Shown: positions 20,390 through 28,748 of the stretch, in pieces
How positions within the stretch are numbered: the first letter of the stretch is position 1
How the letters are laid out: every line of letters starts with the position of its first letter
Assembly (NCBI GenBank): GCA_050118535.1
Contig: JASFKR010000002.1
Span: forward strand, 11,652 to 75,651
Direction of reading: 5' to 3'
Source: Myxococcales bacterium
Lineage (GTDB): Bacteria; Myxococcota_A; Polyangia; Polyangiales; JAFGIB01
DNA length: 64,000 nt
The notes under the pieces: model-generated
Database searches by the model: none
The model's input: only the letters and a program-made list of their open reading frames with translations
What the model was told of the DNA's origin: nothing
Made by a program: the position numbers and the translations under genes

Positions 20390-22610
20390 CGAGGCGCCGA
20401 ACACGCCGTCGCAGCGCCGCGTTTCGCGCTTCGAGGCCTTCAAGCAGCTCACGCCCGGAGGCAAGGACGAGGTGCCGGTCATTCTGCAGCTCACGCCCAC
20501 CGACTGCGGCGCGGCCTGCCTGGCGATGACGCTCGAGCACCACGGCAAGAAGCTGCCGATGGAGGACGTGCGCAGCGCGGTGGGCTCCGGCAAGGCCGGG
20601 ATCAGCGCGCGGCAGATCCTGGAGGGTGCGCGCATCTTCGGCCTGCGTGCGCGCGGCGTGAAAGTCTCCCCCGAGAAGCTCGCATACCTGCCCGCCGGCA
20701 CCATCCTGCACTGGGAGATGAACCACTTCGTGGTGCTGGAGTCGGTCCGTGGCGACACCGTCCGCGTCGTGGATCCGGCGGTGGGGCATCGGCGCATCCC
20801 CATGGAAGACGTGGAGCGCATGTTCACCGGCGTGGCGCTCACGTTCGAGCCCGGGCCGCGCTTCGTGGCCGAGGACAAGCGGCCCAGGACGCGCATGGGG
20901 CGCTACCGCCGATGGATCTTCGGGATCAAGGGCTACTGGCCCCGCATCCTGATCGCATCGCTCTTCCTGCAGGCCATCGCGCTGGCCATGCCGGGTGTGA
21001 TGGGCGTGACCGTGGACAAGATCGTCCCGCGGCAGGACTACCACCTGCTGAGTCTGGTCGCCGCCGGCCTGCTGATGGTGCTGTCGCTGCACTTCCTGGC
21101 CACCTTCGTGCGGGGCCACCTGCTGCTTCACCTGCGCACCTACATCGACATGGAGATGACGCTCGAGTTTCTCGAGCACCTGCTGGATCTTCCCTACGCC
21201 TTCTACCAGCAGCGTTCGGTGGGCGACATCGTCATGCGTCTGGGCAGCGGCTCACAGATCCGCGAGCTGCTGACCTCGGGTGCCATGGCTGCCGTGCTCG
21301 ACGGCACGCTGGTGGTCCTCTACTTCGGCCTGCTGACGGCGGCGGCACCCAAGCTCGGGTTGATCGCGCTGGGGGTGGCCGTGGTGCAGGGGCTGCTGTT
21401 CTGGCGTGCCGGCAAGCGCAACGCCGAGCTGCAGGCCGAGCAGCTCGCCACCCAGGCCAAGCTCTCGGGTTTCCAGGTGGAGATGCTGGCGGGCATGGAG
21501 TCGGTCAAGTCGATGGGGGCCGAGCAGCGCATGGCGTCGCGCTGGTCGGAGCTGTTCGTCGACGTGCTCAACATCAGCCTGAGCAAGGGCCGGCTGATGG
21601 CCAGCTTCGGCTCGCTCGTGGGCGCCATCGCGTTCATCGGGCCCATCACGCTGGTGCTGATGGGTGCGCGAATGGTGCTCGACGGAGAGCTCTCGCTGGG
21701 CACCATGCTCGCCCTGTCGTCGCTCGGGGCGGGCTTCCTGGGGCCGGTCAACGCCCTCGTCAACACGGCGATGCAGCTCCAGCTCCTCAAGGGTTACATG
21801 GCGCGCATCGAGGACGTGCTCGACCACGACACCGAGCGCAACTACCGGGCCCAGGGACGCGCGCACGAGCTGCAGGGCGCCATCGAGCTCGACCGCGTGA
21901 GCTTCCGTTACGCGCAGGACGGCCCGCTGACGCTGGATGACATCAGCCTCGGGATCGCGCCGGGCGAGTTCCTGGCCATCGTGGGCGCGTCGGGCTCGGG
22001 CAAGTCCACGCTGGCGCGGCTGCTCGCGGGGCTTTACCGCCCCATGTCGGGCAGCATCGCCTACGACGGCATCGCCCTCGCGCAGTGGGACCCGCCCGAG
22101 CTCCGCAGGCAGCTGGGCATGGTCACGCAGGACACGCGGCTGTTCGCGGCCACCATCCGAGACAACATCGCCATGCTCGACCCGGAGGTGCCACTCGAGA
22201 AGGTGGAGGCCGCCGCGAGGAAGGCTCACATCCACGACGACATCGCGCCGCTGCCCATGGGCTACGACACCGTGCTGGCCGATGGCGGTGCCTCCCTCTC
22301 GGGCGGCCAGCGCCAGCGGCTCGCCCTGGCGCGGGCGCTCCTCGACGATCCCGCGGTGATGATCCTGGACGAGGCCACCAGTGCGCTCGACACCGTCACC
22401 GAGCGCCGCATCCAGGAGGAGCTGGCGCAAATGCGTTGCACGCGGGTGGTCATCGCGCATCGGCTGAGCACCGTCGCCTCGGCCGACCGCATCCTCGTGC
22501 TCGAGCGCGGCAAGGTGGTGGGGCTCGACACCCACGCCGGGCTGCTCGAGAGCTGTCCCGTCTACCAGGAGCTGGTGGGCGCCCAGTCGACACCCGGCGA
22601 GCCCGGGTGA
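20379..22610 (+). CDS. Peptidase-C39-domain ABC transporter (PCAT; bacteriocin/GG-peptide cleavage-export)
   Basis: The C39 catalytic signature reads QLTPTDCGAACLAM ... HWEMNHFVVL ... VVDPAVG. Six TM helices are followed by Walker A GASGSGKST, LSGGQRQR, Walker B ILDEATSALD and IAHRLST. Confidence 0.95.
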   Translation: MSADEAPNTPSQRRVSRFEAFKQLTPGGKDEVPVILQLTPTDCGAACLAMTLEHHGKKLPMEDVRSAVGSGKAGISARQILEGARIFGLRARGVKVSPEKLAYLPAGTILHWEMNHFVVLESVRGDTVRVVDPAVGHRRIPMEDVERMFTGVALTFEPGPRFVAEDKRPRTRMGRYRRWIFGIKGYWPRILIASLFLQAIALAMPGVMGVTVDKIVPRQDYHLLSLVAAGLLMVLSLHFLATFVRGHLLLHLRTYIDMEMTLEFLEHLLDLPYAFYQQRSVGDIVMRLGSGSQIRELLTSGAMAAVLDGTLVVLYFGLLTAAAPKLGLIALGVAVVQGLLFWRAGKRNAELQAEQLATQAKLSGFQVEMLAGMESVKSMGAEQRMASRWSELFVDVLNISLSKGRLMASFGSLVGAIAFIGPITLVLMGARMVLDGELSLGTMLALSSLGAGFLGPVNALVNTAMQLQLLKGYMARIEDVLDHDTERNYRAQGRAHELQGAIELDRVSFRYAQDGPLTLDDISLGIAPGEFLAIVGASGSGKSTLARLLAGLYRPMSGSIAYDGIALAQWDPPELRRQLGMVTQDTRLFAATIRDNIAMLDPEVPLEKVEAAARKAHIHDDIAPLPMGYDTVLADGGASLSGGQRQRLALARALLDDPAVMILDEATSALDTVTERRIQEELAQMRCTRVVIAHRLSTVASADRILVLERGKVVGLDTHAGLLESCPVYQELVGAQSTPGEPG

Positions 22611-22633
22611 GCCGCCGGCGTCAGCCGGCGCTC
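22609..22633. terminator. Hairpin between the convergent PCAT and TetR genes
   Basis: gccggc (22614-19), loop gtca, gccggc (22624-29), plus flanking pairs. It spans the 10-nt gap between the two stop codons. Confidence 0.4.
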
Positions 22634-23247
22634 AGGTAGCGCCTGGCCATGGATTTCCAGACCTCGAACAGTCGCCGCCGCTCGCGGTCGTCGTCCTTGA
22701 GCAGCTGCTGCACCGCCATGCCGCGCACCAGGTGAATGGTGAGCGAGACCAGGTCGTCGAAGCGTGCGCGCTCCGCGGGGCTCGAGCCTGCGATGCCCTC
22801 GCCCACGCCCGCGTAGGCCTGGCGGATGATGCGGCCCATGGATTGCTCCGCCGGGTAGAGCGCGGCGTGCAGCTCCGGGTCGCTGCGCGCCGCGACCCAC
22901 AGCTCCAGGGCAGCATGGAAGAGGGGCCCCGAGAAGAAGGCCGACCAGACGCTCTCGAACGCCGCGTCGAGCGGGTCGTCGGCGTCGGTCACCCGGGCGC
23001 GCGGCGCCATGTCCTCGGCGCGCTTGCGGGCCAGGTGGGTGACGGCGTCGATCACCAGCTCGGCCTTGGTGGGGAAGTGATGCAGCAGCGCACCGCGCGA
23101 GACGCCCGCCCGGCGGCACACCTCGGGCGTGGAGGTGGCCGCGTAGCCCTGCTCGATCAGGCTGTCGACGGTCGCGTCCAGGATCTTGGCGCGCGTCTCG
23201 GCGCTCCGCATTTCCTGCGTCCGGCGGGGTGGGGAACTGTCGCCCAT
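22621..23247 (-). CDS. TetR family transcriptional regulator
   Basis: The N-terminal HTH reads TRAKILDATVDSLIEQGYAATSTPEVCRRAGVSRGALLHHFPTKAEL. Confidence 0.9.
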   Translation of the reverse strand: MGDSSPPRRTQEMRSAETRAKILDATVDSLIEQGYAATSTPEVCRRAGVSRGALLHHFPTKAELVIDAVTHLARKRAEDMAPRARVTDADDPLDAAFESVWSAFFSGPLFHAALELWVAARSDPELHAALYPAEQSMGRIIRQAYAGVGEGIAGSSPAERARFDDLVSLTIHLVRGMAVQQLLKDDDRERRRLFEVWKSMARRYLSAG

Positions 23248-23362
23248 GCTCCGGCTAACTTAGCAGTAATGTCGACGACTTCGCAGGGGGGGGTGGGGCG
23301 GTCTCGGCGAGCGCGCGCGGTTGCCGCGGAACGCACCATGGTCTAGAACGCGGCAACTCCCG

Positions 23363-23845
23363 ATGCCTCGCCCCAACCCGCGATGTCGCCGGCCCGTGTC
23401 CCTCGGATTGCTGCTGGCCCTGGTCCCGATGCTTCAGGCGGCGTGGGGCTGCGACGCCTTTGACGAGGCGCTGCTCGAGGACGCCCGCAACGGCGATATC
23501 GACGGCGCTGTGGTCATGGACGGCGGCGGGGAGCCCGGCGCCGACGCTGCCATGGACGGGGCGTTGGACGTATGCATGGCGATGGACGAGGCCTGCAACG
23601 GCGAGGATGACGACTGCGACGGGCGCGTCGACGAAGACACGCGGCGGGTGTGCGAGGAGATCGTGCTCAACGCCGACACCGGCTGTTTCGTCACGCGCGA
23701 CGGACCGCGCTGCGTACGCATCGCCTGCTACGAAGGCTTTGCCGATCTCGACGGCAACCCCGCCAACGGTTGTGAGCCAATCCCCTGCGAGGGGGACGCG
23801 TGCGATGACGCGGGTGCCGATGACGACGCGGGTGCTACACCCTGA
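23363..23845 (+). CDS. Lipoprotein with a MopE-like putative metal-binding motif
   Basis: The signal/lipobox reads ...SLGLLLALVPMLQAAWGC. The CNGEDDDCDGRVDED motif is typical of myxobacterial putative metal-binding proteins. The start could be 23363 (ATG) or 23321 (TTG). Confidence 0.7.
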   Translation: MPRPNPRCRRPVSLGLLLALVPMLQAAWGCDAFDEALLEDARNGDIDGAVVMDGGGEPGADAAMDGALDVCMAMDEACNGEDDDCDGRVDEDTRRVCEEIVLNADTGCFVTRDGPRCVRIACYEGFADLDGNPANGCEPIPCEGDACDDAGADDDAGATP

Positions 23846-24290
23846 CGGTGAGCACCGGGCAAGCGGAGAGGCGCACCACCCGCTCGGCGACGCTCCCGAG
23901 CAACAGGTGGTCCAGCCCCGTGCGACCGTGGGTGCCCATGACGATCAGGTCCACGCCGAGGTCCTGCGCGTGCTCTACGATGGACTGGGCGACCGGCCCC
24001 TGGATCAGACGTGTCGACAGCTCCAGGCCCTCGGAGTCGACCTGGCTGGATAGCTTGTCGAGGCGGCTCTGCAACTCGCTCTCCACCGCCTCGCCGAAGT
24101 CGTAGGCCTCGCCCGGCTCGCCGGCTTCCGTCGCGATGCCGGTGGGCACGTTGTAGAGCGGCATCTCGTAGACGTGCACCACGTGCAATGCGGCGCCCAG
24201 GGACTTGGCCATGTCGATGCCATACTGAAGCGACTTGTCGGAGCCGGGGGAGAAGTCCACCGGGCAGAGGATTCGCGAGATGTTCGGCAA
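23835..24290 (-). CDS. Universal stress protein (UspA family)
   Basis: The TTG start at 24290 lies 6 nt after GGAGA. The protein reads PNISRILCPVDFS...LIVMGTHGRTGLDHLLLGSVAERVVRLSACPVLTV. Confidence 0.85.
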   Translation of the reverse strand: MPNISRILCPVDFSPGSDKSLQYGIDMAKSLGAALHVVHVYEMPLYNVPTGIATEAGEPGEAYDFGEAVESELQSRLDKLSSQVDSEGLELSTRLIQGPVAQSIVEHAQDLGVDLIVMGTHGRTGLDHLLLGSVAERVVRLSACPVLTVRV

Positions 24291-24339
24291 GTGAGGTCTC
24301 CGGATGGAAGCGCTGGGTCGCTGTGGTTGGGGTTGTCGT

Positions 24340-24819
24340 TCAATGCGCGCCGGGAACCACCGCTTGCGAGGGCTCATCGTTGGCGTGCCCCGGCGACGCG
24401 GTGTCGAGCGCCCGGGACAACGCCTCCAGCGCGTTGGTCGTCGTGAACACGCCCAGGATGCGGCTGCCCTCGACGACCACGGCGGAGCCAAGCTTACGCG
24501 AAGCCATGTGCCGCGCCACATCCGCGATGGGGGTGTCGAGGCTGACACAATAGGGGACGCCCGTCATGGCCTGCTCCACGGTCAGATCCTTCAGCTCGGT
24601 GCGGTCCACGGCGTCGACCAGGGCGATGTCGCGCTCGCTGATCACGCCGACCAGGCGATCGCCGTCGACCACGGGTAAATGACGCACGCCGAGCTCATCC
24701 ATACGATGGGCGGCCGATTCCAGGGTCCGGTCCATCGAGATGGTGTGGGGGGCGGGTGCCATGCATTTCCCGATCGTGGTGGGGGGCACGGGGGGCTCGG
24801 GGGCGGTAGGGCCGTCCAT
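24340..24819 (-). CDS. CBS-domain pair protein
   Basis: Two CBS repeats are present: HLPVVDGDRLVGVISERDI and GSAVVVEGSRILGVFTTTNAL. Confidence 0.85.
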   Translation of the reverse strand: MDGPTAPEPPVPPTTIGKCMAPAPHTISMDRTLESAAHRMDELGVRHLPVVDGDRLVGVISERDIALVDAVDRTELKDLTVEQAMTGVPYCVSLDTPIADVARHMASRKLGSAVVVEGSRILGVFTTTNALEALSRALDTASPGHANDEPSQAVVPGAH

Positions 24820-24823
24820 GGTG

Positions 24824-25693
24824 CTAGCGCTCCTCCGCGGCGGCGTCTGCCCGCGTGGCCGCGTGGTCGCCGGTTTGCTCAGGGGCTGCGGTGGGGCGAG
24901 ACGGCGGCATCACATAGCCGTCCTGCTGTGCGATCCAGCGCAGGATGTCGAGGGACGCCACGACGCCCAGCGGCCGGCCGTCCGCCGCCGTGACCACGAT
25001 GCGGTGCACCCCCTCGTAGGACATGAGGGCCGCGGCTCGGCTCAGCGACGCGTCCCGCATCAAGGAAAAGACGTGATGGGTCATCACGTCGCGCACGGTG
25101 GCCGACTTGATGTGGTCGCGATCGAATCCGCCCAGGTCGACGGGGTAGTGGATGGCGCCCTGCAACTCCACGGCCGCTTCGCCCTCCGCGTCACCGGCCT
25201 CGTAGTAGCGCTGCAACAGGTCGGTCTTGCTCACCAGCCCGATCGCCCGCTGCCCGTCGTCGACGACGGGGACCGCGCTGATTCCGCGCGACAGGAAGAT
25301 GCGGGTCAGATCCTCGATGGGCGTCTCCGGGGTCACGCACTGCACGGGCGTGGTCATGACCTCCTCGAGCAGCGTTTCCCGCGCGGACCGGGGCTCCACG
25401 GCAGGGGTCGGCCGGGCTCGCCTGCGGTCACTCCCGGACTCGGTCGCCTCGGACGTGCCGGCGGCGGTGCTCCAGGTACAGCGCAGGAAAGTCTCGCGGT
25501 CGGTCTCGTCGACGCACAGGCCCCGGCAATGTTCGCAGCCGCGGCATTCCTTCAGGGCGACGGCTCGGGTCCGCCGTGGGCAGAACACGGCGAGCACGCG
25601 AGCGTCGTCGGTTCGCTCGCTGCGCACACGCCGAAAGGTCACCCTCAGCTGGCGCGCACTATCGGAGTCTGTCGTCACTGCGTGTGCTCCCAT
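24824..25693 (-). CDS. Cys-cluster (CxxCxxCxxxC) N-terminal domain fused to a CBS pair
   Basis: KECRGCEHCRGLC is followed by two CBS repeats (ISAVPVVDDGQRAIGLVSKTDL, VHRIVVTAADGRPLGVVASLDIL). Alternative starts are the GTG at 25678 (8 nt after GGGAG) or the GTG at 25723. Confidence 0.75.
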   Translation of the reverse strand: MGAHAVTTDSDSARQLRVTFRRVRSERTDDARVLAVFCPRRTRAVALKECRGCEHCRGLCVDETDRETFLRCTWSTAAGTSEATESGSDRRRARPTPAVEPRSARETLLEEVMTTPVQCVTPETPIEDLTRIFLSRGISAVPVVDDGQRAIGLVSKTDLLQRYYEAGDAEGEAAVELQGAIHYPVDLGGFDRDHIKSATVRDVMTHHVFSLMRDASLSRAAALMSYEGVHRIVVTAADGRPLGVVASLDILRWIAQQDGYVMPPSRPTAAPEQTGDHAATRADAAAEER

Positions 25694-25744
25694 CCCGGAC
25701 GGGCGTGCCCGAGGCCCTGCCACCCGCCACCGTTGTCACGAGGT

Positions 25745-25760
25745 TGCAAGGGGCGTGCCG
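25745..25760 (-). promoter_or_regulatory. Candidate sigma-54 (-24/-12) promoter reading toward the CBS/USP genes
   Basis: The minus strand reads CGGCACG-CCCC-TTGCA, against the consensus TGGCACG-N4-TTGCW. GG and GC are correctly spaced. It lies about 50-80 nt upstream of the candidate starts. Confidence 0.5.
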
Positions 25761-25910
25761 GTCGCAGGGATGCCGTGACGGCCCGCTCTCCGAGGCGTTT
25801 CGCCACGCGCGAGGCCGGGTGCCGCGCATAAATTGCGCCGGTGGCTTGCGTGCGCGCAAAGCGATCGCCGGAGGGGCGGCGGATCCGCAGAAAGCCACGG
25901 AATTCGGGGT

Positions 25911-25926
25911 TGGCACGGGCCGTGCT
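25911..25926 (+). promoter_or_regulatory. Candidate sigma-54 (-24/-12) promoter upstream of the RpoH-like sigma gene
   Basis: TGGCACG-GGCC-GTGCT has one mismatch to TGGCACG-N4-TTGCW. It is followed by the RBS GAGGAGGG (25941-48) and the GTG at 25956. Confidence 0.55.
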
Positions 25927-25955
25927 CCAGCTCCAAGGGCGAGGAGGGATTGCCC

Positions 25956-26777
25956 GTGAAGCGAGACAATCGTGAGCTGGGACTGGAGTCCATGTTGAAG
26001 GCGGCCAAGGCGGCACCGATGCTTTCGGCGGAGGAGGAGCTGCGGCTGGCCAAGAAGGCGGCGAAGGGTTGCAGTCGATCCTTCGAGCTGCTTCTCAAGT
26101 CGCATCTGCGCCTGGTGGTCACCATTGCGCACGAGTTTTCCGCCTACGGCTTGCCCCTCGACGAGCTGGTCAGCGAGGGGTTGCTCGGCCTGGTGGAGGC
26201 GGCCCGCCGCTTCGACCACGGACGCGGCGTGCGTCTGGCGGCCTACGCGGCCTGGTGGATCCGCGCATACATGCGGCGCTACACCATTTCCAACCGCCGC
26301 ATCGTCCGCACGCCGTCGTCGCGCAGCGGGCGCAAGCTACTGGCGAACCTGCGCCGGACTCAGCGTGAGCTCGCGCAGCAGAAGGGCGAGCGCCCCGACA
26401 CGGAGACCGTCGCCAAGACGCTCGGCGTGGAAGTGCGGGACGTGGAGGAGATGGAGGCGGCCCTCAGCGGCCGCGACATTCCCTGCGGCTACGACCCGGA
26501 GGGACGCGCCGTGGATGTGGCCTCCGGCGGGCCCTCTCCCGAGGTCGAGGTGGCCGAAGCCGAGGAGCGGGCCTGGTCCATGAACGCCGTCAAGGGCGCC
26601 ATGCAGACCCTCTCCGAACGCGAGCAGCACATCCTGCAGATGCGCTATCTGACCGACGAGACCAACAGTCTGGCCTCGATCGGGCGCGGCATGGGCCTGT
26701 CTCGCGAGCGGGTACGCCAGCTGGAGCACCAGGCCCAGGCCAAAATGCGTAACGCCATCATGGCGTCGGTGGCCTGA
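25956..26777 (+). CDS. Alternative sigma factor, sigma-70 family, RpoH-like
   Basis: Region 2 reads LVVTIAHEFSAYGLPLDELVSEGLLGLVEAARRFD...AAYAAWWIRAYM. An RpoH-box-like segment reads GRKLLANLRR. Region 4 reads SLASIGRGMGLSRERVRQLEHQA. Confidence 0.85.
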   Translation: MKRDNRELGLESMLKAAKAAPMLSAEEELRLAKKAAKGCSRSFELLLKSHLRLVVTIAHEFSAYGLPLDELVSEGLLGLVEAARRFDHGRGVRLAAYAAWWIRAYMRRYTISNRRIVRTPSSRSGRKLLANLRRTQRELAQQKGERPDTETVAKTLGVEVRDVEEMEAALSGRDIPCGYDPEGRAVDVASGGPSPEVEVAEAEERAWSMNAVKGAMQTLSEREQHILQMRYLTDETNSLASIGRGMGLSRERVRQLEHQAQAKMRNAIMASVA

Positions 26778-26854
26778 GCCCCGCCAGCCCGGGCGGACGG
26801 TGGGGCTCGGAGTCTCGCGCCTCGAGCCCGCCGCCGTGCTAGCCTCCGCAGCCC

Positions 26855-28252
26855 ATGGGAGAAGCGCACACCCAGGCCCGGCAGGGCCGCGTGCTCGTCG
26901 TCGATGACGAGGCCAACGCCCGCGAGGCGCTGGTGGAGCTACTCGCCGACGAGGGCTACGAGACCGCCTCCGCCGCCGATGGCAGGCGGGCGCTGGAGGC
27001 CATGCATGACTTCGCGCCCCAGGTCGTCCTCACCGACCTGAAGATGCCCGGTCTCGATGGCATCGGCCTGCTGCAGAAGGCGCGCGAGCGCTACCCCCAC
27101 GTGGCCTTCGTGGTGATGACCGCCTTCGGCAGCATCGACACCGCCGTTGAAGCGATCAAGTCCGGCGCCGAGAACTACCTGACCAAGCCCGTCGATCTCG
27201 ATGCGCTCAGTGCCCTCGTGGCACGGGCGATGGAGAAGGCGAAGCTCTCGGAGGAGACCGCAAGCCTGCGCGAGCGGCTCGAGGCTCGCTTCACCCTGGG
27301 CAACATCGTGGGGGACCACCCCTCGATGCAGCGCCTCGCCAAGCTCGTTCACCAGGTGGCGCGCAGCCGCGCCTCGGTCCTCATTCACGGCGAGACCGGC
27401 ACTGGCAAGGAGCTGATCGCGGCTGCGATTCACCAGAGCTCGCCAGTGAGTCACGGGCCATTCGTTCGCCTCAATTGCGCCGCGCTGGCGGAGAACCTGC
27501 TCGAGTCCGAGCTCTTCGGTCACGAGAAGGGGGCGTTCACCGGTGCTGTCGGGCGCCGACAGGGCCGCTTCGAGCAGGCCGACGAGGGGACCCTCTTCCT
27601 GGACGAGGTCAGCGAGATCCCCGCGGCGTTGCAGGTGAAGCTGCTGCGCTTCCTGCAGGAGAAGGAGTTCGAGCGGGTCGGGGGCAACGAGACCATCCGG
27701 GTGCAGGTGCGCATCGTGGCCGCCACCAACAGGGATCTGGCCGAGCTCGTGGAAGCGGGCGAGTTTCGGGAAGATCTCTACTACCGCCTCAACGTGGTCC
27801 GGCTCGACGTGCCGCCGCTTCGGGCGCGGCGCAGCGATATCCCGCTGCTGGCTCACCACTTCATGCGCGAGCACGCCCGGGAGAACGGCTTCGACATCAA
27901 GGGCTTCACGCGGGAGGCACTGGACCTGCTGATGGCCTACCCCTGGCCCGGCAACGTGCGTGAGCTCGAGAACGCCATCGAGCGCGCCGTGGTCATGACC
28001 ACCGACGAAACCATCGGCGTCGAGCAGCTCCCCGAGCTGAGCACCACGCGGTCCGGCGATGACCTGCGCCTGCTGGTGCCCGGGGTGACCCTGGCCGAGC
28101 TCGAGCGCACCGCCATTCAACAGGCCCTGGACGCCTGCGCCGGCTCGACCAAGCAGGCCGCCGAGATGCTGGGCATCTCCCGGCGCAAGATCCAGTATCG
28201 TCTCAAGGAGTGGGAAGAGGACCCACCCCACGAGAGCAGCGAGAGCAGCTGA
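26855..28252 (+). CDS. Sigma-54-dependent response regulator (NtrC family: REC + AAA+ + Fis HTH)
   Basis: REC domain with VLTDLKMPGLDG; Walker A GETGTGKE; intact sigma-54 contact loop ESELFGHEKGAFTGA; C-terminal HTH TKQAAEMLGISRRKIQYRL. Confidence 0.95.
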   Translation: MGEAHTQARQGRVLVVDDEANAREALVELLADEGYETASAADGRRALEAMHDFAPQVVLTDLKMPGLDGIGLLQKARERYPHVAFVVMTAFGSIDTAVEAIKSGAENYLTKPVDLDALSALVARAMEKAKLSEETASLRERLEARFTLGNIVGDHPSMQRLAKLVHQVARSRASVLIHGETGTGKELIAAAIHQSSPVSHGPFVRLNCAALAENLLESELFGHEKGAFTGAVGRRQGRFEQADEGTLFLDEVSEIPAALQVKLLRFLQEKEFERVGGNETIRVQVRIVAATNRDLAELVEAGEFREDLYYRLNVVRLDVPPLRARRSDIPLLAHHFMREHARENGFDIKGFTREALDLLMAYPWPGNVRELENAIERAVVMTTDETIGVEQLPELSTTRSGDDLRLLVPGVTLAELERTAIQQALDACAGSTKQAAEMLGISRRKIQYRLKEWEEDPPHESSESS

Positions 28253-28258
28253 GGCAGC

Positions 28259-28705
28259 ATGTCCCAACTCAAGAAGATTCTGGTCGCGACCGACTTTTCC
28301 GACGTCTCCGAGCGGGCCCTCGCGCAAGCGGTTTCGCTGGCCCGGACGCTCGGCGCGAGCATCGACGTGGTCCACGTCTACGACGTGCCCGCCTTCAACC
28401 TCCCACTCGAGGGCGCCGTCATGTCGACCGCGGCCCACGAAGCAGAGCTGTCGGACCAGGCCCAGGCCTCCCTCGACGCGGTCATCGAGCGGCACGCCCA
28501 GGACGGGGTGGCCATGCACGGGACCCTGCGGCGCGGCGTGCCCTATCAGGAGATTGCGGCCTTCGCGGAGGCCGAGGGCGCGGATCTGATCGTCATCGGC
28601 ACCCACGGTCGTCAGGGTGCGTCCCACGTGCTGCTCGGCAGCGTGGCCGAGCGTGTCGTGCGCATCGCGAGTTGTCCGGTCATGACCGTCCCCGTCCGGG
28701 ACTGA
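28259..28705 (+). CDS. Universal stress protein (UspA family)
   Basis: The protein reads KKILVATDFSDVSERAL...LIVIGTHGRQGASHVLLGSVAERVVRIASCPVMTV. Confidence 0.9.
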   Translation: MSQLKKILVATDFSDVSERALAQAVSLARTLGASIDVVHVYDVPAFNLPLEGAVMSTAAHEAELSDQAQASLDAVIERHAQDGVAMHGTLRRGVPYQEIAAFAEAEGADLIVIGTHGRQGASHVLLGSVAERVVRIASCPVMTVPVRD

Positions 28706-28748
28706 CGCCGGGTCAGCGCATGCGGCCCGCCTCGGGCCGACCGCCGGG

